Source: a bacterium | GTDB taxonomy: Bacteria > Chlamydiota > Chlamydiia > Chlamydiales > 2-12-FULL-49-11 | DNA length: 64,000 nucleotides | Direction of reading: 5' to 3' | Assembly (NCBI GenBank): GCA_021847505.1 | Contig: JAJZEO010000016.1 | Coordinates: 12,177-76,176 of the forward strand | Notes under the pieces: generated by a model | Databases searched by the model: none | The model's input: the letters and a program-made list of their open reading frames with translations, nothing else | What the model was told of the DNA's origin: nothing | Shown here: in pieces, positions 15,935-25,493 of the stretch | Numbering within the stretch: the stretch's first letter is position 1 | How the letters are laid out: the number at the start of each line of letters is the position of its first letter | Program-made: the position numbers and the translations under genes

Positions 15935-17935
15935 TCAAAGTAACTCCATCTGTCTATACTCATTCAGCTCATCCCTTAAGCGCGCGGCATCTTCAAACCG
16001 ATATTCCTTAGCCGCTTGTCGCATCAATTTATCCAATTCCTTGATCTTCTTCTCCAGCTTGTCTTGGGTCAGCGTTTCCCCTCCTCTCCCCCTCTCTTCC
16101 CTTCTCTCCTTCTCCCCTGTTACACCGAATGTCTCAAGCAAGCTTTGTGCTTGTACACGGGTAGTACTTCTGGGAACGATCCCATGTGCACGATTGTATT
16201 CTTCTTGGGCTTTGCGGCGGTTTTGTGTAACCGTTACACAAGCGTCGATCGATTTGGTCATGTTGTCGGCGTAGAGGATGACGCGGCCATGGACGTTGCG
16301 GGCAGCGCGGCCGCATGTTTGGATGAGGGCAGTTTCGGAGCGGAGGAAGCCTTCTTTGTCGGCATCGAGGATGGCAACGAGGCTCACTTCGGGGATGTCG
16401 AGCCCTTCACGGAGAAGATTGATACCGACGAGGACGTCAAACTTGTCTTCGCGGAGCTCTTTGATGATTTGAATGCGTTCGAGGGTATCGATGTCGGAGT
16501 GGAGGTATTTGGCGCGGATGCCGATTTCTTTGAGGTAGGTGGTAAGATCTTCGGCGAGTTTCTTGGTGAGGGTGGTGACGAGGACTTTGCCGCCGCGGGC
16601 GCGTTCTTTGGTGATTTCGGCGAGGCAGTCGTCGACTTGGTATTCGGCTTTGCGGATGTCGATCTGGGGGTCGAGGAGGCCGGTGGGGCGGATAATTTGC
16701 TGGATGATCTCCCCTTGGGCTTCGGCGATTTCATATTCGGCGGGAGTGGCGGAGACGTAGATCACTTGATGGATTTTGTCGTAGAATTCGTCGAATTTGA
16801 GGGGGCGGTTATCGAAGGCGGTGGGGAGGCGGAAGCCGTAGTCAACGAGCGCGGTTTTGCGGGAGCGGTCGCCGTTGTACATGGCGCGGACTTGGGGGAT
16901 CATTTGGTGAGATTCATCGACGATGAGGAGGTAGTCTTTAGGAAAGTAGTCGATGAGGCAGTGGGGTGGATCGCCGGGGGCGCGGCTAGAAAAATGGAGG
17001 GAGTAGTTTTCGATCCCTTTGCAAAAGCCGACTTCTTTGATCAGCTCCATGTCGTAGCGGGTGCGCTGGCGGATTCGTTGTTCTTCGGCGTAGAGTTGTT
17101 TATTGTGGAAGTATTCGATGCGTAGGTTGAGTTCTTCACGGATGGTTTCAATGGCTTTGTAGCGGAGCTCTTCAGGTGTTACGTAGTGTGAACCGGGGTA
17201 AATGGAGATTTCTTGGTGATTAGATTGGGTTTTTCCGGTGAGGGGGTCGATCTGGGTGATTTTTTCGATTTCGTCACCAAAAAATTCGATGCGGTAGGCG
17301 AGTTTTTCTTCGTAGGCGGGGACAATTTCTACAATGTCGCCGCGGACACGGAAGTGGCCGCGTGAGAGGTCGAGGTCATTTCTGGTGTAGTGGAGGTGGA
17401 CGAGGTGGATGAGGACTCGGTCACGGGGAATATTGTCGCCGACTTTGAGGGTGAGAACCATTTTTTGGTAGTTTTCGGGCTCTCCGAGGCCGTAGATGCA
17501 GGAGACAGAGGCAACGATGATGACATCGCGTCTTTCCATGAGTGTGCGGGTGGCAGAGAGGCGCATGCGGTCGATCGTTTCGTTGATCGCCATGTCTTTT
17601 TCAATGTAGGTGTCGGTGCGTGCGATGTAGGCTTCTGGTTGGTAGTAGTCGTAGTAGGAGACGAAGTATTCGACGGCATTGTGGGGGAAAAATCCGGAGA
17701 ATTCTTGGTAGAGCTGAGCGGCAAGGGTTTTGTTGTGGGCAAGGATGAGTGTGGGTCGGTTGACGCGTTCAATCACGTTGGCCATAGTGAAGGTTTTTCC
17801 TGACCCGGTAATGCCGAGGAGGACTTGGCTCCGTTTCCCCTGTTTTAATCCTTTGACGAGGCGATCGATCGCCTGGGGCTGATCCCCGCAGGCTGAAAAG
17901 TCACTTTTTAATTGAAATGCCATCTTTCTTCCCAT
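15935..17935 (-). CDS. uvrB: Excinuclease ABC subunit B
   Basis: 666 aa. Walker A 'GITGSGKTFTMA', helicase motifs, and the C-terminal UVR domain 'YRFEDAARLRDEL'. The likely true start is Met5 (17923). Confidence 0.97.
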   Translation of the reverse strand: MGRKMAFQLKSDFSACGDQPQAIDRLVKGLKQGKRSQVLLGITGSGKTFTMANVIERVNRPTLILAHNKTLAAQLYQEFSGFFPHNAVEYFVSYYDYYQPEAYIARTDTYIEKDMAINETIDRMRLSATRTLMERRDVIIVASVSCIYGLGEPENYQKMVLTLKVGDNIPRDRVLIHLVHLHYTRNDLDLSRGHFRVRGDIVEIVPAYEEKLAYRIEFFGDEIEKITQIDPLTGKTQSNHQEISIYPGSHYVTPEELRYKAIETIREELNLRIEYFHNKQLYAEEQRIRQRTRYDMELIKEVGFCKGIENYSLHFSSRAPGDPPHCLIDYFPKDYLLIVDESHQMIPQVRAMYNGDRSRKTALVDYGFRLPTAFDNRPLKFDEFYDKIHQVIYVSATPAEYEIAEAQGEIIQQIIRPTGLLDPQIDIRKAEYQVDDCLAEITKERARGGKVLVTTLTKKLAEDLTTYLKEIGIRAKYLHSDIDTLERIQIIKELREDKFDVLVGINLLREGLDIPEVSLVAILDADKEGFLRSETALIQTCGRAARNVHGRVILYADNMTKSIDACVTVTQNRRKAQEEYNRAHGIVPRSTTRVQAQSLLETFGVTGEKERREERGRGGETLTQDKLEKKIKELDKLMRQAAKEYRFEDAARLRDELNEYRQMELL

Positions 17936-18014
17936 GGTTGTGTCGCAGTTTACACAAATTGGGGCAAAGTTGCATAATGTTTTCTCTTTCGCTGTTTATA
18001 GGAGGCCTAAGCGT

Positions 18015-18452
18015 ATGCCAGTTCCCGTTCCTGTCCTAAATGAAGATAATATAAGTTATTTTCTTTTCCAACATTTGTCTCAGCCTAATTTAGAGACAAC
18101 CATCGTTATGGCCGAAGAGGAACAAGCGAATTGGGGGGGACGTTGGTATGTCCACTACGAAGAGGACGCTAGTATTTTACCTATTGGGCTAATCGACATC
18201 TGTAGCCACTTGCGTGTTCGCTCAATTTTAAGCAAAGCCTTTGACTATTTAAATGTTAAAGGGAAAATTGATTGGAGTTCCTACAAAACGCTGTTGCCTG
18301 GATTGGCTCCCGCTGATCCTAGCGGGTTTGTCCCTCATAGGAAGGTCATCGAGGTCTACCACGATCAAGCGGCAGTTTTGGCGGACATCATCTACCTTGG
18401 CCCAAATTACATCTCAACCGTAACTTTTGTCATCACTACCGTCGATTCTTAA
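18015..18452 (+). CDS. Hypothetical protein
   Basis: The ORF in the track runs 17934..18452. The internal ATG at 18015 is preceded by GGAGG (18001-18005). No recognisable motif. Confidence 0.4.
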   Translation: MPVPVPVLNEDNISYFLFQHLSQPNLETTIVMAEEEQANWGGRWYVHYEEDASILPIGLIDICSHLRVRSILSKAFDYLNVKGKIDWSSYKTLLPGLAPADPSGFVPHRKVIEVYHDQAAVLADIIYLGPNYISTVTFVITTVDS

Positions 18453-18492
18453 AACCCGGTTGGCTAGCCCATGAGGCAGTAGCCAATTCGGT

Positions 18493-20640
18493 TCAAATCG
18501 CACTTCTGATGGCTTCGACTAGCCAGTTTTGGCCCTGGATAGCACATGTCGATCCTGGTTTCAGCCCTATGAGCTCTTGTGCGATCTTGGACTGTGAAGA
18601 GAGTATGTTCTTCTCAGGGTCTGCATCCCAGGGGCCAAGAAGAGTATAGCTAGTCCTATCACCATTTTCATTTTTCAGCTCGACGTGGCATCCAATATTG
18701 ACCGTTGAAGTATCAATGTCTTGCTTTGTGAGAATGCGCATCCTCTTGACTTGGTCAGAGAGGAATTTGAGCTCACCTTGCAGGCGCGCTCTCTTTTCTT
18801 TAGCAAATTTATATTCACTGTTCTCGCGAAGGTCACCAAGAGCACGGGCTTCTTCGATCTCTCGTGCATTTTCAATGATTTCGACGTTAGCAATTTGCTC
18901 TAGTCGATTTTTGATTTTCTCGAACCCTTCGGGTGTAGTCCATATGTGATCAATCTCTTCCTCTTGAATCCCCTTTTTGAGAGCGCCAATCGATGGATGG
19001 ACGACTTCTGCAAGAGAATAAAGGATGCGGACATCATGGTCGCTCAGCGTGTGGCATTTGGTTGAGAGGAGCAGAATCTCTTTGACGTGTTCTAGGCTCG
19101 AGTGTTGGAAAATGCGGCGAATGAAGACGTATCTTCCCGATTGTAGAAAGCTATGCATCCGTTTGACGAAATCGCGGCACTCTGGTTTAGACTCCATGAC
19201 GTAGAGAAGGATAAAAAAACCTTCCAAAAAGCGGTCCATCCCCTCTTGATCTGCGTAGAGGTACTTATCCGACGACATGATTTTTTGAAAATACCAGAGA
19301 AATGCACCTGGAGAGAGGTGTGGCGTTTCAAGCAACTCTTCAATAACTTGTATCAACGTGGTTTTGTCTTCTTCATGCATTAACTCATCGAGCATATAAT
19401 CGCGCAGGGTGTTTTGATCAATTCCCACCAAGAGACGTGCAAAGATCACCTTCCATTCGGGTTTTGCCTTTTTAATTTCAACGAGAATCCGTTTTTTGTA
19501 GGCAAGAATATGGACATTCTCTACCACTTTCTCGATCTCAGGAGTTTTTGAAATCAAAACCCCTAGATCTTGGGCCTTCTGATGGCCTAGATCTTGCAAG
19601 ATAAAGAGTAGTTGGATCTCTTCGCTCTCAGAGATTTCCTTGTAGTTGAGGACCTCAGTGATTTCTGAAATGAGGTGTTTTGCAAACTCGGTATTCTTAA
19701 TCGCCGTAGGAAAGTCTCTGAGAAAGCTGTAGACCATTTCGATCAACGCCTTCACCTCTGGCTTTTTGCTTAGCGATTTGATTAGCCTTTCCTCATGCGA
19801 GACTTCATTTTTCCTGAGTCTGAAGGGGTCTTTTAATTGTGTGGGGCTTTCGATGAAGGTGTCTTTTTTGAGCTTTGTTCTAGTCGATTGCCACCATTTG
19901 GCCCATTCGTCTTCAGGGATGACAAGCTCTGCTAGCTCATCTTTTATTTCAGCGGCCGTCTTTGGACCAAGGTCTTTTAGTAAGAGATGAATCGTTTCAA
20001 CCGGATGCTTTCGTGCAAAGGCTTCGAAGCTATCGGGGTCCCCAAAGCGGCGGGCTAAAAAATGATCTTTTGAAACGGGAACAAGAGTTTTAAAGGCGTT
20101 GGCAAAACTGATCTCTTTGTAGCCAGATACATAATCAAATTCAAGAGTTACTTGCTCGCGAAGCATCGATACTTCAGTGACTTCGCCGACTCCCCAGCCG
20201 CCCGTATGGATGAAAAAGTTCCCTTTCCTCATGTGGCTCAAAAGCTCAAAGTTGCTGATCGAATACTGAAAATTTCTTCTCTCTGCAAGCCCAACTAGTT
20301 TAATCTTTTTTTGAAAATGTTCTTCTTGAGGGTAGCGCGTTGTGAGATAATTGAGGGCTAAATCAGCCAGTTTGGGTTCATTGGTTGTTTGGATGTCAAA
20401 AATGAGCTTGAGCACTTCGTGTTTGAGCTCACCTTCCTTCATCATCTCCCATAATAACAATGCTTGCTCAACATAGATTCCAAAAGAGGATACGAGAGTT
20501 GAGCTTTTTATGGTTTGAAGAATTTCTTTTAGCTCTTCCCCTTCAAACTCTTCTGAGAGGCAATATTCTTGCCAAAGCGCAACAGCATTCGGCAGGTTAT
20601 TATTTTCGATGTGTCTTTGAAACTGCTTTAGATACTCCAT
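18493..20640 (-). CDS. greA: Transcription elongation factor GreA, chlamydial long form
   Basis: 715 aa. The C-terminal ~150 aa ('EARALGDLRENSEYKFAKEKRARLQGELKFL', 'LLGPWDADPEKNILS') form a GreA/GreB domain. The ~560-aa N-terminal extension is characteristic of Chlamydiae. Confidence 0.85.
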   Translation of the reverse strand: MEYLKQFQRHIENNNLPNAVALWQEYCLSEEFEGEELKEILQTIKSSTLVSSFGIYVEQALLLWEMMKEGELKHEVLKLIFDIQTTNEPKLADLALNYLTTRYPQEEHFQKKIKLVGLAERRNFQYSISNFELLSHMRKGNFFIHTGGWGVGEVTEVSMLREQVTLEFDYVSGYKEISFANAFKTLVPVSKDHFLARRFGDPDSFEAFARKHPVETIHLLLKDLGPKTAAEIKDELAELVIPEDEWAKWWQSTRTKLKKDTFIESPTQLKDPFRLRKNEVSHEERLIKSLSKKPEVKALIEMVYSFLRDFPTAIKNTEFAKHLISEITEVLNYKEISESEEIQLLFILQDLGHQKAQDLGVLISKTPEIEKVVENVHILAYKKRILVEIKKAKPEWKVIFARLLVGIDQNTLRDYMLDELMHEEDKTTLIQVIEELLETPHLSPGAFLWYFQKIMSSDKYLYADQEGMDRFLEGFFILLYVMESKPECRDFVKRMHSFLQSGRYVFIRRIFQHSSLEHVKEILLLSTKCHTLSDHDVRILYSLAEVVHPSIGALKKGIQEEEIDHIWTTPEGFEKIKNRLEQIANVEIIENAREIEEARALGDLRENSEYKFAKEKRARLQGELKFLSDQVKRMRILTKQDIDTSTVNIGCHVELKNENGDRTSYTLLGPWDADPEKNILSSQSKIAQELIGLKPGSTCAIQGQNWLVEAIRSAI

Positions 20641-20775
20641 GGACCCTTCAAAACTGATTTTTCAGATTGTTAATGGACGGAGTATAGCGTGAAAGGCCAT
20701 TATCCGTAAATGTTATAGTCTTTTAAATTAGCCTGGAGTTAGAATAACCATTCTGAATCACGAGAGGTATAGGCT

Positions 20776-22410
20776 ATGTTCGACGACTATGAGGAATTTA
20801 CTGATGGGCAAAGAAGGCTTCTTGATCGATATGTGACGAGTACGACGAGCAATGTTTTTGCCTTGAGAAATTTGCCTGAGGTCATCAAGGGGGCTCTGTT
20901 CTCCCGTTATTCTCGTTCGAGTTTAGGACTGCGGTCTCTCCTCTTAAAAGATTTTATCAAAAATGATGAGACGATGTTTTCTCTCATTTCGGGGGCCTAT
21001 ACCGAGAATGAAGAGAACGATGAACAGTTGATCGCTATTAAGAAGGCTCAAAGCTTTTATGACCGAATTTTGGATGGCTATGGGGATGATTCGATCGGAG
21101 AGCTCGGGGGAGCACATCTTGCTATCGAAAACATTTCGATGCTCGCTGCTAAAATTATCGAGGATCGAAGAATTGGGGGCTCGCCTTTGGAGAAATCGAC
21201 CCGATATATTTATTTCGATCAGAAAATCCGCGATCAATATTTGTTTTACCGTGAACCTATATTGATGACAAGCGCGCATAAAGATGCTTACTTGGACATG
21301 TGCAACCATTTATTCCAGGTCTATGGAGAATTGATCCCTCAATTAACTGAGGTGATGGAGCAGGGATTTCCCAAGGATCCCGATGTATCCCAGGTCGCTT
21401 ATACGGCCGCTTTACGAGCAAAAGTGCTCGACTGCCTGCGTGGACTCTTGCCAGCCAGCACGATGACCAACATAGGTCTCTTTGGCAATGGCCGTTTTTT
21501 CGAACATTTGCTCACCTCGCTTCACTGCGAATCACTGAGTGAGCCTAATGAACTTGCTCGACGGGGGTTTGATGAGCTTTCTAAGATCATCCCTTCTTTT
21601 GTCAGAAGAGCGTGCCCCTCTCACCGCCATTTCATTTCGCATCAAGAGTTCAAAGAGGAGATGGGGGGAGAGCTAAAACAGCTGGCTGAAGAGCATTTGG
21701 CTGCTTATTCCCCTTCATCGGGATTTAAGGTGAAGCTTGTCGATTTTGACAAGGATGGGGCAAGAACTGTTGCGGCTATGCTCCTTTATAGCCGAGGCAA
21801 TTGTCCTTTAAGCGATGTGAGGGACCATGTCAAAAAGCTCCCTCAAGAAGAACTTGAGAGAATTTTAGAAGCGGGGGCTCAAGCAAGAAAGAATCGACGA
21901 CACAAATCTCCTCGTGCGTTGGAACATGTGAATTTTACTTTTGAAATCGTCGCTGATTTTGGTATTTATCGCGATTTACAGCGGCATCGTATGCTGACTC
22001 AGGAGAGACAATTTCTTTCCTGCGATTGGGGTTATTACATTCCTAAGGAATTGGTCGGGACATCGATGGAACGGCCTTACCGCGAGGCAATGGATATGGC
22101 TAAAGGGGTCTATGACCAGATCCGCGTTGATCTGCCTGAAGAGGCTCAGTATGTCGTTCCAATGGCCTACAATATCCATTGGTATTTCCGCATCAATTTA
22201 AGAGCGTTGCAGTGGCTAACCGAGTTGAGATCGACTCCGCAAGGTCATCCTGGATATCGTTTAATTGCACAGGCTTTGGCCGCCGAAACTTTCAAAGCCG
22301 TCCCTGAGTTTAGGCGCTTTTTTAAGTTTGTTGACTTTGATGGATATGACCTTGGCAGACTCGACCAGGAAATCAAAACGGAGCTTAAAGCTAGAGGCAG
22401 CGAATCATGA
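20776..22410 (+). CDS. thyX: Flavin-dependent thymidylate synthase, long form
   Basis: 544 aa. The ThyX motif is 'YRDLQRHRMLTQERQ' (RHRxxS/T-like). The length matches the chlamydial long ThyX. Confidence 0.85.
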   Translation: MFDDYEEFTDGQRRLLDRYVTSTTSNVFALRNLPEVIKGALFSRYSRSSLGLRSLLLKDFIKNDETMFSLISGAYTENEENDEQLIAIKKAQSFYDRILDGYGDDSIGELGGAHLAIENISMLAAKIIEDRRIGGSPLEKSTRYIYFDQKIRDQYLFYREPILMTSAHKDAYLDMCNHLFQVYGELIPQLTEVMEQGFPKDPDVSQVAYTAALRAKVLDCLRGLLPASTMTNIGLFGNGRFFEHLLTSLHCESLSEPNELARRGFDELSKIIPSFVRRACPSHRHFISHQEFKEEMGGELKQLAEEHLAAYSPSSGFKVKLVDFDKDGARTVAAMLLYSRGNCPLSDVRDHVKKLPQEELERILEAGAQARKNRRHKSPRALEHVNFTFEIVADFGIYRDLQRHRMLTQERQFLSCDWGYYIPKELVGTSMERPYREAMDMAKGVYDQIRVDLPEEAQYVVPMAYNIHWYFRINLRALQWLTELRSTPQGHPGYRLIAQALAAETFKAVPEFRRFFKFVDFDGYDLGRLDQEIKTELKARGSES

Positions 22411-23660
22411 GTGTAGCAGAAAAGACGGAAAAGAAAGGTTCGGTACTTGGAGGAATGCTCCTGATCGCCGGAGGTTGCATCGGGGCCGGGATGTTGGGTC
22501 TGCCTGTGTTGACAGGAATGGCGGGGTTTCTCCCCTCTTTGGTCATGTTTTGTGTCGCCTGTTTTTTTATGACGGTCACCTCTCTTCTTTTGGTCGAGGT
22601 GGGGCAGTGGTTTGATAAGAGGACTAATTTTATCTCGATGGTCACGCGGATGTTGGGCCCGCTAGGAAGAATTGCCTGCTGGCTTTTGTATCTGTTTCTT
22701 TTTTATGCGCTCTTAGTCGCCTACATTGCAGGAAGTGGCAATCACGTCGCTTCGTTTTCCGGGGGAGCGATTCCTATTTGGTGCGGCTCCTTATTCTTCG
22801 TGATCTTATTCGGTTCAATTGCTTATTTCGGGACGAGGATCGTCGATTTGACCAATCGTTTTTTAATGGTCTTGAAGATCAGCGCCTTTTTTTTCCTTCT
22901 TGTTTTGGGTATGAGCTATCTTGAAATTTCTAAGTTAGAATACACCAATGTTAAATATTCGTTTTTTTCCTTGCCGATCTTAATCATCTCGTTTGGATTT
23001 CAGAATATGATCCCCACACTCAATGCATATCTTGGCGGTGACACAAAGCGGGTGAAACAATCGATTTTAGCAGGGGCTTCTTTCACCTTATTTATCTACT
23101 TTCTCTGGATGGTCCTTGCTCTAGGAGTCTTGCCGATTGGTGGGGAGTATGGAATTTTGAATAGCTATCTCTCGGGAATTGATGCGGCTCAAGCTTTGGC
23201 AGAAAACCTCCACAATCCTCTGATTAGGACGGCATCCACTCTCATGGCCTTCTTTGCGATCTTGACTTCTTTTCTCGTCCAGACATTAACTCTGGTCCAT
23301 TTTTTATCAGATGGCCTGAATGTACAAAGCGGACGAAGGGAGAATGTTTGGGTCTGTTTATTGACGCTGATCCCGCCACTTGTCTTTGCCATACTTGACC
23401 CGACAGTCTTCTATGCTGCTTTGGGATTTGCTGGGGGAATTTGCGCTGTGATTTTGTTTGGCATCCTGCCTGTTATGATGGTTTGGAGAGGACGGTATAG
23501 CTTTGAATACCATCATACCAGCCCTTACGAAGTGTTTGGCAAAAGGGGGCTCCTCTTTTCCCTTTTCTTCATCGCTCTATTTATTGTGTTTTACCAAATC
23601 TCTCAAATGTGTGGGTTTGATCTCTTTCCCAAACCTACAAAAGTCGAGTTTGTACAATAA
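22407..23660 (+). CDS. tyrP: Aromatic amino acid (tyrosine/tryptophan) permease, HAAAP family
   Basis: 417 aa, about 11 hydrophobic helices. The N-terminal 'GGMLLIAGGCIGAGMLGLPV' is typical of TyrP/Mtr transporters. ATGA overlap with thyX. Confidence 0.75.
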   Translation: MSVAEKTEKKGSVLGGMLLIAGGCIGAGMLGLPVLTGMAGFLPSLVMFCVACFFMTVTSLLLVEVGQWFDKRTNFISMVTRMLGPLGRIACWLLYLFLFYALLVAYIAGSGNHVASFSGGAIPIWCGSLFFVILFGSIAYFGTRIVDLTNRFLMVLKISAFFFLLVLGMSYLEISKLEYTNVKYSFFSLPILIISFGFQNMIPTLNAYLGGDTKRVKQSILAGASFTLFIYFLWMVLALGVLPIGGEYGILNSYLSGIDAAQALAENLHNPLIRTASTLMAFFAILTSFLVQTLTLVHFLSDGLNVQSGRRENVWVCLLTLIPPLVFAILDPTVFYAALGFAGGICAVILFGILPVMMVWRGRYSFEYHHTSPYEVFGKRGLLFSLFFIALFIVFYQISQMCGFDLFPKPTKVEFVQ

Positions 23661-23686
23661 ACCACCAGTGTGATAGTTTAGTTTTT

Positions 23687-24295
23687 ATGCAATTGGTACT
23701 AGCCACAAATAATCTACACAAGATTCTCGAACTAAAAGCGATTCTCAAGCCGCTTTTGAAGAAGGTCGACATCCTTTCATTGAGGGATTTTCCTGAATAC
23801 CATCCCCCCGAAGAGACGGGGACGACTTTCTTGGAGAATGCTGAAATCAAGACGTTGCATTGTGCGAGAGCGCTCAATTGTTTGGCTCTTGCTGATGATT
23901 CGGGCCTTGTGGTTCCTGCTTTAGGAGGAGCGCCTGGGGTGAGAAGCCGTCGCTATGCGGGCAATGATGCAAGTGATAAGGAAAATCGAGACTTGTTGAT
24001 TGAAAATCTGAAGCCTCTTCCTGAAAGGGAGCGATCTGGTTACTATGAATGTGCCCTATCTCTGGCCAATCCCGGGGGCATCATTAAATCTTCCTCTGGT
24101 CTTTGCGAAGGGGTTTTGATTTTAGAGGCGCGAGGGAATGGAGGTTTTGGCTACGATCCTTTGTTTATCAAGTACGACTACAGCAAAACCATGGCTGAGT
24201 TGGGAGATGATACGAAAAATCGGATTTCTCATCGAAGACGGGCCCTAGATAAACTTCTCCTTACGATAGAGGCCGAGCTATCAGCCGTTATTTGA
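23687..24295 (+). CDS. rdgB: Non-canonical purine NTP pyrophosphatase (RdgB/HAM1)
   Basis: 202 aa. Motifs 'LATNNLHKILELKAIL', 'DDSGLVVPALGGAPGV', 'FGYDPLF' and 'ISHRRRAL'. Confidence 0.9.
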   Translation: MQLVLATNNLHKILELKAILKPLLKKVDILSLRDFPEYHPPEETGTTFLENAEIKTLHCARALNCLALADDSGLVVPALGGAPGVRSRRYAGNDASDKENRDLLIENLKPLPERERSGYYECALSLANPGGIIKSSSGLCEGVLILEARGNGGFGYDPLFIKYDYSKTMAELGDDTKNRISHRRRALDKLLLTIEAELSAVI

Positions 24296-24774
24296 TCGAT
24301 GGGTATAACCTTTTCTTCCGCTTAGAAGAATTCCCCAATCCCCTACAAAATAAGAGAGAATCATTCATTGAAGCGCTCTCGATTGCTTTGCAGGAGGCGC
24401 TTTTATTTGCTACAGTGGTTTTTGATAGCAACACCAAAGAGGCGCCTATTTATCCTTCCTCATCTCACGCCTATCCCCACTTAGAAATCGTCTTCTCTCC
24501 CAAAGGGCTTTGCGCCGATCGGTACATTCTCGAATATTTGCAGGCGTTATCCAACGCTTCCCATCTTGTTTTAGTCACGGACGACAAGCGTCTCATTCTC
24601 TTTGCAAAGGAAGAAGGGGTTAAACACCTTTCTCTGGCTGATTTTCTCGCGAAACTAAGTAAAAAGCGGGCCCCTCTAAAGCAAGAGAGAAAAACGCACT
24701 CTCAATCAAAAGCAGAATTCGAGCGGCTTCTAAAAATCTTTGAGGAAAAATTTAAGCAAAACGACCGAAGCTGA
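24292..24774 (+). CDS. YacP-like NYN-domain (predicted RNase) protein
   Basis: 160 aa. 'IDGYNLFF' at the N-terminus and 'LVTDDKRL' are typical of the DUF901/YacP family. The TTG start overlaps the rdgB stop. Confidence 0.6.
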   Translation: MIDGYNLFFRLEEFPNPLQNKRESFIEALSIALQEALLFATVVFDSNTKEAPIYPSSSHAYPHLEIVFSPKGLCADRYILEYLQALSNASHLVLVTDDKRLILFAKEEGVKHLSLADFLAKLSKKRAPLKQERKTHSQSKAEFERLLKIFEEKFKQNDRS

Positions 24775-25441
24775 TCGGCTCTCCTTGGATTTCAAGCTGT
24801 CTAAGTCGGATTGACAATGGTGTTACCGTAATTCCCTGATGGAGACGAGACTCCCTAACTAAATTTGATGACAACGTGATCATCACATGTCCCGGGCTAA
24901 AGATTAGATCGAGGGGCTTTGAGGGGGCGGTGATCTCTTGGCACACTTCTCTCATGGGGCCAGTATTGCGCGGGATTGTGCCGTGTGTAACATAGTAGAT
25001 AAGACCTGAACAATCAAAACCTCTTAAATGAAGAAGCTGCCATTCCCAGGCGTGAAGCTCTCTTTGGGGAGGGAAAAGTTCGAAGATTTCGGGAACTCCT
25101 TCAGGAAAATTGCCTCCCCAAATGTAGGGGAGAAAAGGTGTCGATTCGAGTGTTTCCAACATCTTTTTCTTGGTGGGGCGCTCTCTTTCTCTTTTGGTCG
25201 GTTTCGCTTCTTCGAGAAATCGTCTGTGAGTAAACAGGGGCTCCCTTGAAGGATAATCCTCCGTTTCAACCGCAACAATCTCCCCCTCCTCTTTATATGT
25301 AACTGTTACACCTGGGTAGAGAATGGTCTCTAACGCAAGCAAAAGACCTCTTTGGTCAAGTTGAAATGGCAAAGAAAAAAGAAGCGGAAGATCATTTCTA
25401 TTGAAGAGGGGCGTGGGTCTGATTGTGGTTGCACAAAACAT
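24752..25441 (-). CDS. NlpC/P60-family peptidase
   Basis: 229 aa. 'GFDCSGLIYYV' (catalytic Cys) and 'SPGHVMITL' (His) match the NlpC/P60 core. Confidence 0.7.
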   Translation of the reverse strand: MFCATTIRPTPLFNRNDLPLLFSLPFQLDQRGLLLALETILYPGVTVTYKEEGEIVAVETEDYPSREPLFTHRRFLEEAKPTKRERERPTKKKMLETLESTPFLPYIWGGNFPEGVPEIFELFPPQRELHAWEWQLLHLRGFDCSGLIYYVTHGTIPRNTGPMREVCQEITAPSKPLDLIFSPGHVMITLSSNLVRESRLHQGITVTPLSIRLRQLEIQGEPISFGRFA

Positions 25442-25493
25442 GGTAAAAAGCTAAAGTAAAGAACTAGTTTTAGGCATATCATATAGGTGGCGA

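Noticed and set aside
16016-17125. A 369-aa ORF on the + strand, plus several 60-150-aa ORFs on both strands (for example 16384-16734, 17329-17772, 17390-17803), all inside uvrB.
   Set aside because: Their translations are low-complexity (Gly/Glu/Val/Ala/Asp- or Ser/Thr/Pro-rich), with no motifs or start signals. They are the expected stop-free shadow frames of a GC3-rich gene, and uvrB on the minus strand is unambiguous.
18453-18492. A possible hairpin (ggttggcta ... tagccaatt) between the convergent hypothetical gene and greA, as a terminator.
   Set aside because: The stem needs two G-U pairs, has a 13-nt loop, and has no following U-tract on either strand. It is too weak to annotate.
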